64,000 nucleotides of DNA from Octopus bimaculoides. Taxonomy: Eukaryota. How positions within the stretch are numbered: the stretch's first letter is position 1; every line of letters begins with the position of its first letter. Both the position numbers and the translations under genes were made by a program. Positions 1 to 11,899 of the stretch are shown piece after piece. The notes under the pieces were generated by a model that had not been told where the DNA came from, did not search any database, and was given only the letters and a program-made list of their open reading frames with translations. Where the stretch lies: positions 9,738,924 to 9,802,923 of the forward strand of contig NC_068996.1 of assembly GCF_001194135.2 (NCBI RefSeq), read 5' to 3'.

Positions 1-345
1 GGTTGTAAATAAAGAGGGAAAATTTTGTTTAATCATAGTGGTTGCATGCCCTGGTGATGACAGAGTATCAGTGAGAGAAGAGAACCAGGTTAGATATGAT
101 GATTTAAAATGGGAAATAAAAAACACTGTGCTCATTGAGGGCGAGCGTTGTGCCTGTTGATGTTGGAGCTCATAACTGGGTTGAAAAGATGGGAGTAAAT
201 GTGAAAAATAGAACATCTACAGAAAGCAAAGTTGTTTAGAACTGCACGAATCTTCTGCAGAATTCTCAAAATCTAAATGGAAAGAGATATCTTTAGCCCA
301 TTGGTTGTGATCAGCTGATGCATTCCCCAACAACGTTGTGTTAAT
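1..345 (+). mobile_element. 3' end of a decayed R4/Dong-like (RLE-clade) non-LTR retrotransposon
   Basis: From base 2 the frame reads VVNKEGKFCLIIVVACPGDDRVSVREENQVRYDDLKWEIK, then after frameshifts ...EHLQKAKLFRTARIL. This matches the C-terminal restriction-like endonuclease region typical of R4/Dong elements (recognised by eye). Confidence 0.6.
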
Positions 346-439
346 AATAAATATAATTATTTCTATCGTAGACACAAGACCTGAAATTGTAAGGGCGGAA
401 CAGTCGAATATCACGACCCCAGTGCTTTTTCATTGACCC

Positions 440-481
<42 letters not shown>
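440..481. repeat. (TAG)n microsatellite running into an assembly gap
   Basis: Perfect tagtagtag run ending at N-gap 482-1282. Confidence 0.95.
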
Positions 482-1301
482 NNNNNNNNNNNNNNNNNNN
501 NNNNNNNNNNNNNNNNNNNNNNNNNNNNNNNNNNNNNNNNNNNNNNNNNNNNNNNNNNNNNNNNNNNNNNNNNNNNNNNNNNNNNNNNNNNNNNNNNNNN
601 NNNNNNNNNNNNNNNNNNNNNNNNNNNNNNNNNNNNNNNNNNNNNNNNNNNNNNNNNNNNNNNNNNNNNNNNNNNNNNNNNNNNNNNNNNNNNNNNNNNN
701 NNNNNNNNNNNNNNNNNNNNNNNNNNNNNNNNNNNNNNNNNNNNNNNNNNNNNNNNNNNNNNNNNNNNNNNNNNNNNNNNNNNNNNNNNNNNNNNNNNNN
801 NNNNNNNNNNNNNNNNNNNNNNNNNNNNNNNNNNNNNNNNNNNNNNNNNNNNNNNNNNNNNNNNNNNNNNNNNNNNNNNNNNNNNNNNNNNNNNNNNNNN
901 NNNNNNNNNNNNNNNNNNNNNNNNNNNNNNNNNNNNNNNNNNNNNNNNNNNNNNNNNNNNNNNNNNNNNNNNNNNNNNNNNNNNNNNNNNNNNNNNNNNN
1001 NNNNNNNNNNNNNNNNNNNNNNNNNNNNNNNNNNNNNNNNNNNNNNNNNNNNNNNNNNNNNNNNNNNNNNNNNNNNNNNNNNNNNNNNNNNNNNNNNNNN
1101 NNNNNNNNNNNNNNNNNNNNNNNNNNNNNNNNNNNNNNNNNNNNNNNNNNNNNNNNNNNNNNNNNNNNNNNNNNNNNNNNNNNNNNNNNNNNNNNNNNNN
1201 NNNNNNNNNNNNNNNNNNNNNNNNNNNNNNNNNNNNNNNNNNNNNNNNNNNNNNNNNNNNNNNNNNNNNNNNNNNNNNNNNNAATATGCTCTCTCCAGAT
1301 A

Positions 1302-1519
1302 CGAGAGGGTGCTAAAAAGTTCCTGGTTTTAAGAGTATTGCGAAAGGCCTGTTTGGAGATCCAACCCTTCCGAATTCTTTTACAGGGCTTAGAAAAACTG
1401 CTACAATAAGGACTGCTGTGAATTTAAGAGAGGGGGATACATTTTGAATAAAACCATAATTAACTGATCCTCCTGTATTTTCTTTTACCCAAAACCAGGA
1501 ACTTTTCAGCACACCCTCG
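1302..1519 (+). mobile_element. Mariner-derived MITE (internal deletion derivative)
   Basis: TIRs CGAGAGGGTGCTAAAAAGTTCCTGG / CCAGGAACTTTTCAGCACACCCTCG, TA on the left flank. Same family as 34848-35064 in the opposite orientation. Confidence 0.75.
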
Positions 1520-1747
1520 TGTGTGTGTGTGTGTGTGTGTATGTATGTGTGTGTTTGTGTGTGTGTGTGTGCGCGCGTGTGAGTGTGTGTGTATTCCTTT
1601 GGGTTTAATTATGAGGCGCACTGGAACTGTGGATTCCATATTCTATTCAAGTACCTTGGCGTTTCATAATGTATCCAAGTGTGGGGAAGTGCATATGTGA
1701 AGATGTGTGTGTGCGTGTGCGTGAGTTTGTGTATGTGCGTGTATGTA

Positions 1748-1778
<31 letters not shown>

Positions 1779-1781
1779 TCG

Positions 1782-2030
1782 TTCTTTTACTTGTTTCAGT
1801 CATTTGACTACGGCCATGCTAGAGCACCACCTTTTGGTCGAATAAATGGACCACAGGACTTCTTTGTAAGTCTAGTACTTATTCTATCGGTCTCTTTTGC
1901 CGAACCACTAGTCTACGGTGACATAAACACACTAACATCGGTTGTCAAGCGATGGTGATGAGACAAGCACAGACACACAAACACACACACTCACATATAC
2001 GATGGGCTTTTTTCAGTTTCCGCCTACCAG
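1782..2030 (-). mobile_element. SINE family A copy, truncated at 2030 by the adjacent LINE fragment
   Basis: Tail TCTTTTACTTGTTTCAGTCATTTGAC, body and internal (CA)n tract align by eye to the full copies at 4858, 44535 and 46941. Confidence 0.85.
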
Positions 2031-2730
2031 CATACATGCATACATGCATACATACATACATGGTGGTTGTCTACTCCTTAAACAGAGTTTGACCACCTCC
2101 TGCACCTACACCTTAGCCCTTTCATGGCGTCTGATGTGGCTTTTTAAACCAGACAGTGTTTTGAAAAAACACCCACACAGATTGCACCTCTGATTTGCAC
2201 TACCAATACCTGCAAGTAAGTTCTGCTCATTGTGGATCCTAACATGTCTTTTAAGACCCCCATTGGATTTGCAAACCCTCTGGCACACACCACATTCAAA
2301 CGTGTGCACAGACATATAATCAGAATAGCTGGGTGAGGTTTNNNNNNNNNNNNNNNNNNNNNNNNNNNNNNNNNNNNNNNNNNNNNNNNNNNNNNNNNNN
2401 NNNNNNNNNNNNNNNNNNNNNNNNNNNNNNNNNNNNNNNNNNNNNNNNNNNNNNNNNNNNNNNNNNNNNNNNNNNNNNNNNNNNNNNNNNNNNNNNNNNN
2501 NNNNNNNNNNNNNNNNNNNNNNNNNNNNNNNNNNNNNNNNNNNNNNNNNNNNNNNNNNNNNNNNNNNNNNNNNNNNNNNNNNNNNNNNNNNNNNNNNNNN
2601 NNNNNNNNNNNNNNNNNNNNNNNNNNNNNNNNNNNNNNNNNNNNNNNNNNNNNNNNNNNNNNTTGGTTCCTCAAAATCATGGCTTTGATTGAGGGGATGC
2701 CTGCAAATGCAAGGATATCTGTGTTTGGAG
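2031..2730 (-). mobile_element. 3' fragment of an RTE-type LINE with two C-terminal C2H2 zinc fingers
   Basis: Minus strand reads PNTDILAFAGIPSIKAMILRNQ (post-RT motif of RTE-like LINEs), gap, then CGVC-x12-HVRIH and CNLC-x12-HIRRH, a stop at 2106 and an (ATGT)n tail. Confidence 0.6.
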
Positions 2731-2942
2731 ATACATACCTACCTACATACATACATACATACATGCATACATGCATACATACATACATACATACATACAT
2801 ACATACGTATGTACATACACACATACGTACGTACATACGTATGTATGTATGCATGTATGTGTGTGTGCATGCTTATGTGTGTGTGTTTGTATGTATATAT
2901 GTATACACACACACACACACACGTATGTGTATGTATGTGTGT

Positions 2943-2982
<40 letters not shown>

Positions 2983-2987
2983 ATATT
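2731..2987. repeat. Compound (TACA)n/(TATG)n/(TG)n microsatellite
   Basis: Visible directly. Source of the spurious HT/YV-rich ORFs in the track. Confidence 0.95.
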
Positions 2988-3227
2988 TAAGTGTTGATTC
3001 CGAGTAGTGTGAGTATGGATGGATCATAAAAATCATGAAATTTACATATTTGCATAAATTATTTATACAAGTATTTGACAAGTGGATAACCTTCCAGTTT
3101 AGGAGTTACACACACTTCCGTTAAGCTGTCACTGTTCTTGACACTCCCCACTCAACACGGCTCTTGAAGCACAAAAGCTTTCCATGAGAAAATAAGCCTA
3201 TGAGAAATGATGTCATTATTAGTAGTA

Positions 3228-4285
3228 TGAGAAGTAGCGAGCTGGCAGAATCGTTAGCACGAAGTTTTGAGTTCAAATTCTACCTTTCATCCTTTCGAAG
3301 TCGATAAAGTAAGTACCAATGAAATACTGGTTAGCACAGAACCGTTAGCACAGGGGTCGATCTAATCGACTACTGCCCTCCCCCCACAAATTTTAGGCCT
3401 TGTGGTAGAAAGGGTTATTCGTATCGCGTATAAAGGCTGTGAGCTGGCAGAACCGTTTAACACGTTCGGCGAAATGCCGCTAAGCAATTTGCGAATTCAG
3501 TTCAAATGCTGCCGTGGCCGACTTTGTCTTGTCTTTCATCCTTTCCTGGTCGATAAAATAAGTACCAATTCATCACTGTAATCGACTAACACCCGCCGCC
3601 CACCACCACCGAAATTACTGGCATTGTACCATAATTTGAAACCATTATTAGGATAAGAGCATAAAGATCCTTCCCGGGTCATACAGACTCATAGGGCCAG
3701 TTTCCTGGTTTCTGTGGCGTATATATCCTCATTGGATGGGATGTCAGTCCGTCGCTAGATTACTCATTTTTGCTGGCTGAGTAGACTGGAGCAACGTAAA
3801 ATGAAGTGTTTTGCTCAAGAACACTACGCGTCGCCCGGTCCAGGAATCGAAACCACAATCTTATGATCATAAGTGCAACACCCTAGCCACTAAAGCACAC
3901 GCCCCCACGAAACCATTAATAATGGTACGTATAACGCGGTGAGCTTGTAGAACCGTTAGCACTGGGATCGATGGAATCGATTTCTCCCTCAGCTAAAATT
4001 GCTGGCCTTGTGCCAGAATTTGAGACCATTATTTGTAGTACGTATAAGGCAGTGCACTAGCAGAACCGTTAGCACGCCGAACTAAATGCTAAGCCCCATT
4101 TCGTCCGTCCTTACGTTCTGAGTTCGAATGCTACCGAGGTCGACTTTGCCTTTCATCCTTTCTGGGCCGATAAAATAAGTACCAGTTTATCACTAACGTG
4201 TAGGGATCAACTAGCCGACTAGCTCCTTGTACCTTACCCCTTGCTCCAAAATTTCAGGTCTTGCGTCTATGAAAAAAGAGATTAT
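3228..4285 (+). mobile_element. Cluster of about 4 SINE family B copies (GAGCTGGCAGAATCGTTAGCAC...GAGTTCAAAT...CCTTTCATCCTTTC)
   Basis: Heads recur at about 3239, 3441, 3941 and 4057. Same family at 7770-7905, 12436-12672, 19190-19422(-), 49040-49200 and 62345-62540(-). Confidence 0.85.
3660..3905 (-). mobile_element. SINE family C copy (tRNA-like head)
   Basis: Reverse complement aligns to 4311-4572, including the head GGCTTAGTGGTTAGGGTG...GGTTTCGATTCCTGGACCGGGCGACGCG. Confidence 0.85.
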
Positions 4286-4310
4286 TAGTAGTATGTATAT
4301 CACTTACGTG

Positions 4311-4572
4311 GAGGCGCGTCGCTTAGTGGTTAGGGTGTCAGCATCATGATCGTAAGATTGTGGTTTCGATTCCTGGACCGGGCGACGCGTTGTGTTCTTG
4401 AGCAAAACATTTTATTTCACGTTACTCCAGTCTACTCAACCTACTGGCAAAAATGAGTAACGCTGCGATGGACTGGTGTCCCGTCCAGCTGGGGAACAAA
4501 CACATACGCCATAGAAACCGGGAAACCGGGCCCATGAGCCTGGATAGGCTTTAAAAGGGCGAATTTATTTTA
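4311..4572 (+). mobile_element. SINE family C copy (tRNA-like head with A/B boxes)
   Basis: A-box-like GCTTAGTGG and B-box-like GGTTTCGATTCC. Related heads at about 10815, 28808(-) and 42292. Confidence 0.85.
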
Positions 4573-4729
4573 TTATATCGCTAACAAACTTAATATGTTG
4601 TGCACAATAGCTATTAGCTAATAAAGTAATCAACGCACTACCTGTGGTCATTGTTAAGCTCCAGATCATCCCTGACCAAGCATACATAAACGATAAAAAC
4701 AGAAAGTATTCTTGGCGTGTTCACATACA

Positions 4730-4761
<32 letters not shown>

Positions 4762-4857
4762 CGTGTAATACTTTATACACATACACACATACATTTATAC
4801 AAACGCTTCGCCCACAAACTCTCCCTCCATAAAACATAAAAGTTAAAATTTGTACAT

Positions 4858-4992
4858 AGGCGTAGGAGTGGCTATGTGGTAAGTAGCTTGCTTACCAACC
4901 ACATGGTTCTGGGTCCAATCCCACTGCGTGGCACCTTGGGCAAAGCCTTGTGAGTGGATTTGGTAGACGGAAACTGAAAGAAGCCCGTCCTA

Positions 4993-5025
<33 letters not shown>

Positions 5026-5170
5026 NNNNNNNNNNNNNNNNNNNNNNNNNNNNNNNNNNNNNNNNNNNNNNNNNNNNNNNNNNNNNNNNNNNNNNNNNNN
5101 NNNNNNNNNNNNNNNNNNNNNNNNNNNNNNNNNNNNNNNNNNNNNNNNNNNNNNNNNNNNNNNNNNNNNN

Positions 5171-5217
<47 letters not shown>

Positions 5218-5427
5218 GTGTGTCTGTGTGTGTGTCCCCCAACATCGCTTGACAACCGATGCTGGTGGGTTTACGTCCCCGTAACTTAGCGGTTCGGCAA
5301 AAGAGACCGATAGAATAAGTACTAGGCTTACAAAGAATAAGTCCTGGGGTCGATTTTCTCGACTAAAGGCGGTGCTCCAGCATGGCCACAGTCAAATGAC
5401 TGAAACAAGTAAAAGAGTAAAAGAGTA
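4858..5427 (+). mobile_element. SINE family A, full length with internal (TA)n/(TG)n tract (gapped)
   Basis: tRNA-like head GGCTATGTGGTAAG...GGGTCCAATCCC, CORE-like CCTTGGGCAA segment, internal microsatellite, GTAAAAGA-repeat tail. Confidence 0.9.
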
Positions 5428-6090
5428 TATTAATCAAATTGCCTATAGAACAACGAACCCCTAAATAGAAATATACTGGCTATCGATCTTTGTACCTGTC
5501 CTCATCTTGTGAACATCAAAATACAAGATAAACAAATTTCTATACTAACAACACCACGAAGACACGCTCAACTAACAGTCCCCACCTTCGAAATACAAAC
5601 ATGAAAGATCTTAAATAACACCAACGACTGGTAAAGAAACTTACTGACCAGCTAAAACATCTCGCCAACTTACATCCTATAGTGAACCTTTAAAAATTCC
5701 ATTCCAAAATCGTTGACTCCCAAATACTAAATTTTTGAACGCTAGATTTGTAGGTGATAAGGCCAGATTAATGTCTGAGCTTTCACCTTTGCATTGGCAA
5801 AACAAAGGATTAAATCCAATAAAACCAAAAAAGTAACTAAAACTAATGAGACATCTGCTAACCAAAATAATTCGTCTACTTATCTAAAGCCTTCTTGTAG
5901 ACCACCAATAAACAATTCCATTCCTAAATATACTCACCTGTTTACAAAACTCTACATGCATGAATAAATACTGAACAATAACATAACTCCAAATCTAATC
6001 AATAACAATTTCTCTTGAGAAAGAATAATAAATTTGTGTCCTACAAAAGTATAGAGTAACCCATCAGATTAACGTAAAATTGTTTTTAAT

Positions 6091-6373
6091 CATCATCATC
6101 ATCATCGTTTAACGTCCGCTTTCCATGCTAGCATGGGTTGGACGATTTCGCTGAGGACTGGTGAAACCAGATGGCTACCCCAGGCTCCAATCTGATTTGG
6201 CAGAGTTTCTACAGCTGGATGCCCTTCCAAACGCCAACCACTCCGAGAGTGTACTGGGTGCTTTTACGTGCCACCGGCACGAAGGCCAGTCAGGCGGTAC
6301 TGGCAACGACCGCGCTCAAAATGGTGTATTTTATGTGCCACCCGCACAAGGGCCAGTCCAGGGGCACTGGCAA
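6091..6373 (-). mobile_element. Family D non-autonomous retroelement with (GAT)n tail and RTE-like 3' motif GGATGCCCTTCC
   Basis: Closely similar to 32568-32842 and 33817-34205. Further copies at 18725, 26297, 27425, 41235 and 49745. Confidence 0.8.
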
Positions 6374-6917
6374 NNNNNNNNNNNNNNNNNNNNNNNNNNN
6401 NNNNNNNNNNNNNNNNNNNNNNNNNNNNNNNNNNNNNNNNNNNNNNNNNNNNNNNNNNNNNNNNNNNNNNNNNNNNNNNNNNNNNNNNNNNNNNNNNNNN
6501 NNNNNNNNNNNNNNNNNNNNNNNNNNNNNNNNNNNNNNNNNNNNNNNNNNNNNNNNNNNNNNNNNNNNNNNNNNNNNNNNNNNNNNNNNNNNNNNNNNNN
6601 NNNNNNNNNNNNNNNNNNNNNNNNNNNNNNNNNNNNNNNNNNNNNNNNNNNNNNNNNNNNNNNNNNNNNNNNNNNNNNNNNNNNNNNNNNNNNNNNNNNN
6701 NNNNNNNNNNNNNNNNNNNNNNNNNNNNNNNNNNNNNNNNNNNNNNNNNNNNNNNNNNNNNNNNNNNNNNNNNNNNNNNNNNNNNNNNNNNNNNNNNNNN
6801 NNNNNNNNNNNNNNNNNNNNNNNNNNNNNNNNNNNNNNNNNNNNNNNNNNNNNNNNNNNNNNNNNNNNNNNNNNNNNNNNNNNNNNNNNNNNNNNNATTT
6901 TTTTTTTTTTTTTTTGG

Positions 6918-7200
6918 TAATCCTACTACTTATTCAATGGGTCTCTTTTACCGAACTGCTAAGTTATAGGAACATATACACACCAACACCGATTGTCAAG
7001 CAGTGGGATGGTGACAAACACAAGCAGAAACTCACACACACACACACACACAATAAGCTTCTTTCGGTTTCCGTCTACCAAATCCACTCACAAGGCTTTA
7101 TTCGGCCCGAAGCTATAGTAGAAGACACTTACCCAAGGTGCCACGCAGTGGGACTGAACTCGGAGCCATGTGGTTGGGAACAAACTTCTTACCAAACAGC
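6918..7200 (-). mobile_element. SINE family A copy
   Basis: Contains CTTCTTTCGGTTTCCGTCTACCAAATCCACTCACAAGGC and the reverse-complement head. Confidence 0.85.
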
Positions 7201-8159
7201 CATCGCAAGAATAGTTAGAACAACCGTTAAGATGCCGTCTATATGAATTCTGACTCTAAGCATTCTGATTTTGCAGGTGGTGTTACCCCCCACCTCAGAA
7301 CACCACCTGTTCTATGGGTGCCTTTCGCGAAGTTCAGGACGTTACTAAAGTATCGCTATTTAAAAGTATCATGATGTTCTGAGATAACAATACACAAACG
7401 ATTAATATTAATTCGATCAAATTAATTCGATTAATTAGAATTTTATCAATATTTGAAGAAATATGGTTAGAAGGAAGAGAAATATTCTTATGGAAGTGGG
7501 TTAAGAAGTAGGAGGGGGCGATATCCTTGAAATGCCGATGAATAAATTTAGAATGCCATATCAGATTTAATCTCAACGCAAATATTATAGATGGAGCAGA
7601 CATCCATGAACATCTAAATATCGCTTCACAGTTATATAGTTCTAGGTTTGAGAATACTGCATACCTTACTTGTTATATTACTATGGCGGATATACTAGAA
7701 ATAACAGTCAAATCTTCACAAAAGTAACATTGTATGGTCTACAAAAAAAGGGGAAAACACTCTATACTATTGACTTCGAATTCGGCCGAGGCCAGCTTTG
7801 CCTTTCATCCTTTCGGGATCGATAATGAAGCATTAGTCACGCATTGGGCTCGATGTAATTGTCCAGCCCCTCCCCACAAAATTTTAGGCCTTGCCCCTTT
7901 AGTATAAAACAAAAACAATCGCTAAGATACATTCTGGTATTTGCTCTGATTTCATCGGGTGGTTTTAGTTAATCGGTTGTCCGGTTTAAGATCACTATAT
8001 GGTCCACGGTTGCCTTTAACGAAGTCCGGTGTGTTCCTAGAGGGTACGAGGCATTATGCAGTAGTTTGGTATACAACTTAAGTCCATAAGATCACGAGTT
8101 CAATACCTAAACTAGGCAGTACATTGTACCATTGGTCAAAGCGCCTCATTTCACCTTAC

Positions 8160-8248
8160 TCCTGTCTGTCTGTCTGTCTCTCTATCTCTCTCTTTATTTC
8201 TCTCTCTGTCTCTGTCTCTCTCTCTCTCTCTGTGTCTCTCTGTCTCTG

Positions 8249-8279
<31 letters not shown>

Positions 8280-8702
8280 ATCTCTCTCTCACTCTCTCTC
8301 TCTCTCTCTATCTCTTTCTTTCTCTTTCTGTCTCTGTCTCCGTATCTGTCTCTGTCTCTGCCTCTGTCTCTGTCTGTCTGTCTCTCTCTATCGCTCTNNN
8401 NNNNNNNNNNNNNNNNNNNNNNNNNNNNNNNNNNNNNNNNNNNNNNNNNNNNNNNNNNNNNNNNNNNNNNNNNNNNNNNNNNNNNNNNNNNNNNNNNNNN
8501 NNNNNNNNNNNNNNNNNNNNNNNNNNNNNNNNNNNNNNNNNNNNNNNNNNNNNNNNNNNNNNNNNNNNNNNNNNNNNNNNNNNNNNNNNNNNNNNNNNNN
8601 NNNNNNNNNNNNNNNNNNNNNNNNNNNNNNNNNNNNNNNNNNNNNNNNNNNNNNNNNNNNNNNNNNNNNNNNNGTCTCTCTCTCTCTGTCTATCTGTCTC
8701 TG

Positions 8703-8733
<31 letters not shown>

Positions 8734-8783
8734 CCCTCTCTCTCTCTCTCTCTCTCTCCCTCTCCCTCTCTCTCTCTCTCTCC
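8160..8783. repeat. (TC)n/(TCTG)n low-complexity tract spanning a gap
   Basis: Visible directly. Gives spurious SL-rich ORFs. Confidence 0.95.
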
Positions 8784-9335
8784 AGCTCGCTCTTTCGATT
8801 TGTCACGTCCTGTCTGGTTCACAGAGTGAAGAGTCAAAACAGAATATATCTGTCCTGTTCGTCAATATAAAGGCATCTAAGACGATTAGCGAAAATATTC
8901 AGCTACTCTTAATTAATATTGTAATAAAAACAAACATACATTTAATTAAAAATTAGAGCAACTGGAAGGTCATCAACATTTACTTATTTATTTTTTCTAA
9001 ATCTTAGTCCAGCCAAAAAAAAATGACGGCTCTATTGTAAATAAAATCTCTTCACGTTACAAGGGATACAACTCTGAAATTCTAGATAATTTCAATCGGG
9101 TCACACTGACCCAGTAAAGGCTCCAGTCAAGGGGAAACAACTCTAGAATTTCAATTTCAGTTTGGTCATATCAAGAGCGACAACTCTTGATTTTTTTTAA
9201 CCTGATCATAGGAGAGAGGTGACAACTTCTACGTTTTAAGTACAAGTGCAACATCAAATTACAGAGCCGTTCCCCGTTACTGCTTTTTCCGAACCAGAAA
9301 TGATTACCTTGGTCAACAAATTCCAAATTAAACAA

Positions 9336-9481
9336 GCATGGCTGTGTAGCTTGCTTCCCAATCACATAGTTCTGGGTTCAGTCCCACTGCGTGGCACTGT
9401 GAGCAAGTGTCTTCTGCTGTAGCCTCGGGCTGACCAAAGCCTTGCGAATGGCTTTGGTAGACGGAAACTGAAAGAAGCCCA

Positions 9482-9532
<51 letters not shown>

Positions 9533-10187
9533 CGCGCGCGTTTGTCCCCCACCGTCGCTTGACAAGCGGTATTAGTTTGTTTACATCTCCTTAACCTAGC
9601 GGTTCGGCAAATAAGACCGATATCAAAAGTACCAAGCGTACATAAAAATAAATCCAGAAGTTGATTTGCTCGGCTAAAAAACCCGTCGAGGCAGTGATCC
9701 AGCATGGCCNNNNNNNNNNNNNNNNNNNNNNNNNNNNNNNNNNNNNNNNNNNNNNNNNNNNNNNNNNNNNNNNNNNNNNNNNNNNNNNNNNNNNNNNNNN
9801 NNNNNNNNNNNNNNNNNNNNNNNNNNNNNNNNNNNNNNNNNNNNNNNNNNNNNNNNNNNNNNNNNNNNNNNNNNNNNNNNNNNNNNNNNNNNNNNNNNNN
9901 NNNNNNNNNNNNNNNNNNNNNNNNNNNNNNNNNNNNNNNNNNNNNNNNNNNNNNNNNNNNNNNNNNNNNNNNNNNNNNNNNNNNNNNNNNNNNNNNNNNN
10001 NNNNNNNNNGTGTGTGTGTGTGCGTGCGCGCGCGTTTGTCCCCCACCGTCGCTTGACAAGCGGTATTAGTTTGTTTACATCTCCTTAACCTAGCGGTTCG
10101 GCAAAAGAGACCTGCGGTTGATTTCTTCGACTAAAAGAAGCGTGCTTGAGCATGGCCGCAGTCGAACGACTGCAACAAATAAAAAGA
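9336..10187 (+). mobile_element. SINE family A copy or copies across gap 9710-10009
   Basis: Head at about 9336, internal (TG)n tract, 3' half present on both sides of the gap. Confidence 0.8.
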
Positions 10188-11721
10188 AAAAGAAAAATGA
10201 AATATGAAATACAGGTACTTGTAAAATTGGTGTAGATTAGTGCGGATCATAAGAGGTTTTGGCAAAGTCGTGATAGCGCTTGGAATTAAAATCTGTTTAA
10301 AGTAAAGAGGCGACAACTCGTAAATTTTAATTCAGTAACATTCAAACGGGGGGGGGGGAATGACAGTCCAGACATTTAATTAACTGAAATATTCCTGTAA
10401 TAAGTAGAGGTCAAACAAGCCTTAACAAATCAAGTTTGATTAAGACAAAAGGTCTAATGACATTAAAATTATACTTTATTTTTATTTTATTTTGTTTTAT
10501 TTTGTTGATTAGTCAGGCAGAGAAAGTTTTTTTCTTTTTCCATTTTTTTTTTTCTTCGTGGTTTACGTGACAGAAGCAGATGAAATTTAGAAGCACACTG
10601 GAGAACTGACCCAAATGTTTGCAGCATAGAAATCCACCAAAAACACCGGTGCTGCTCCTGCTGTAGTAGTTGTTATGTTAATGATGATGATGGCGGTAGT
10701 GGCGGTGTTGGTGGTGGTGGTGGTGATGGCAGCGTCAGCATAAAGTACCTGGGTTCTCTCCTCTATATTATGAGTTTTTATAAATAAAGGCGTTTGGCTA
10801 TTTACATGTAAAGGCGCTTGACCCTGTGGTTAGGCGTGTTGCGCTGACGATCGCGAAATCGTGGTTTCGACTCTCGGACAAAACACTCGTTCAAGGGCAA
10901 AACACTCCATCTCTCGTTGCTTTGGAATCACTCTGATATCTGGTGTGTGGCACACCATGCACTTATATAGGCAACGTCGATTTGATAGAAGAAATGTATA
11001 GCACAAATATTTGATCGCTATAAACATATCATTTGTGAAGGTTGTTTAGCAAGAGATTACCTTCTGTCGTTTATGACAAGAGAATCCACCGTGATTATTT
11101 ATACAGCCATCCACTTGTAGTTGTTGAGGAAAAACATAAGCCTGATGAATATTATCGGTCTCGGAGAGTCTTCTAAGAATATGAATGCTGCTACTTCCTA
11201 CTTACCAAACCATCATGGAATATAAAGTAAAATGACGCATGAAGTAAAAAAAAAATCGCTATTTTACATTTACTGGAAGAGGCTTGTGAAAATATCATGC
11301 GGTATGTAAAAGAAGCAACAGCTCACATTCACAGAAACATACTCCAGTGTTAAATGCTGTAAGAAAACCGTAATTTGTTAAGCAACCATAATATACTACC
11401 AAGTATATTAAAAGCTAATCAATCGATACTGTACTTCACTTGTGTTAGCAATGCTTTAAAATCATTGTTTAAAGTTATCTCTACAGATTTTCTCTAGAGT
11501 CAACACTGATTTGAAAATTAGGTGATGGGTGTACATGCATATTTCAGTTTTTGCTTGTTCTTCACTATCACATCCAACCCATTAACCATCCATATTTGTT
11601 TTTATTAGAAGTGGCGAAAATGTGTATTGTACGTTACAAATAAAATCATAATTTTTCGAAAGTAGAGTTGCCGCTAGAACAGTAGAGATACAGGGTAAAC
11701 TGGGCGATGAATTTGTACGCG

Positions 11722-11808
11722 GGCAGTTTAGCATAATGGTAAAGCTCTTAGCCGGAGTCTTTGAGGGATATGGGTTCGAGTCCCGTGGCTGGTTGTTGTC
11801 AAATTTTT
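11722..11808 (+). pseudogene. tRNA-like Pol III unit (tRNA pseudogene or isolated SINE head)
   Basis: A box TAGCATAATGG (11729-11739), B box GGTTCGAGTCC (11773-11783), T-arm ATGGG/CCCGT, imperfect acceptor and anticodon stems, TTTTT at 11804-11808. Confidence 0.6.
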
Positions 11809-11899
11809 CTGCCGTTCTACCGGCAACTCTGCGTTCGAAAAATATCGTCTTATTTGTTTGTATATATAAATATATATAACAAAAAAATTATATTTAGGA

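Noticed and set aside
2106-2315. Stand-alone C2H2 zinc-finger gene
   Set aside because: It is collinear with an RTE-like post-RT motif and ends in a tandem-repeat tail, so a LINE C-terminus explains it better. It is kept as a finding in that form.
2144-3081. Many long ORFs rich in HT/YI/CV/SL dipeptides here and at 4.9-5.3, 8.1-8.9, 29.6-30.2 and 31.0-31.7 kb
   Set aside because: They are translations of microsatellites and N-gaps, not genes.
6152-6170. CTGAGGACTGGTGAAAC in family D resembling a hammerhead core
   Set aside because: No helix II or III pairing, and the GAAA is not kept in the 33817 copy.
9521-10105. Identical stretch of about 90 bp on both sides of gap 9710-10009
   Set aside because: It cannot be distinguished from a scaffolding or haplotype artefact without reads.
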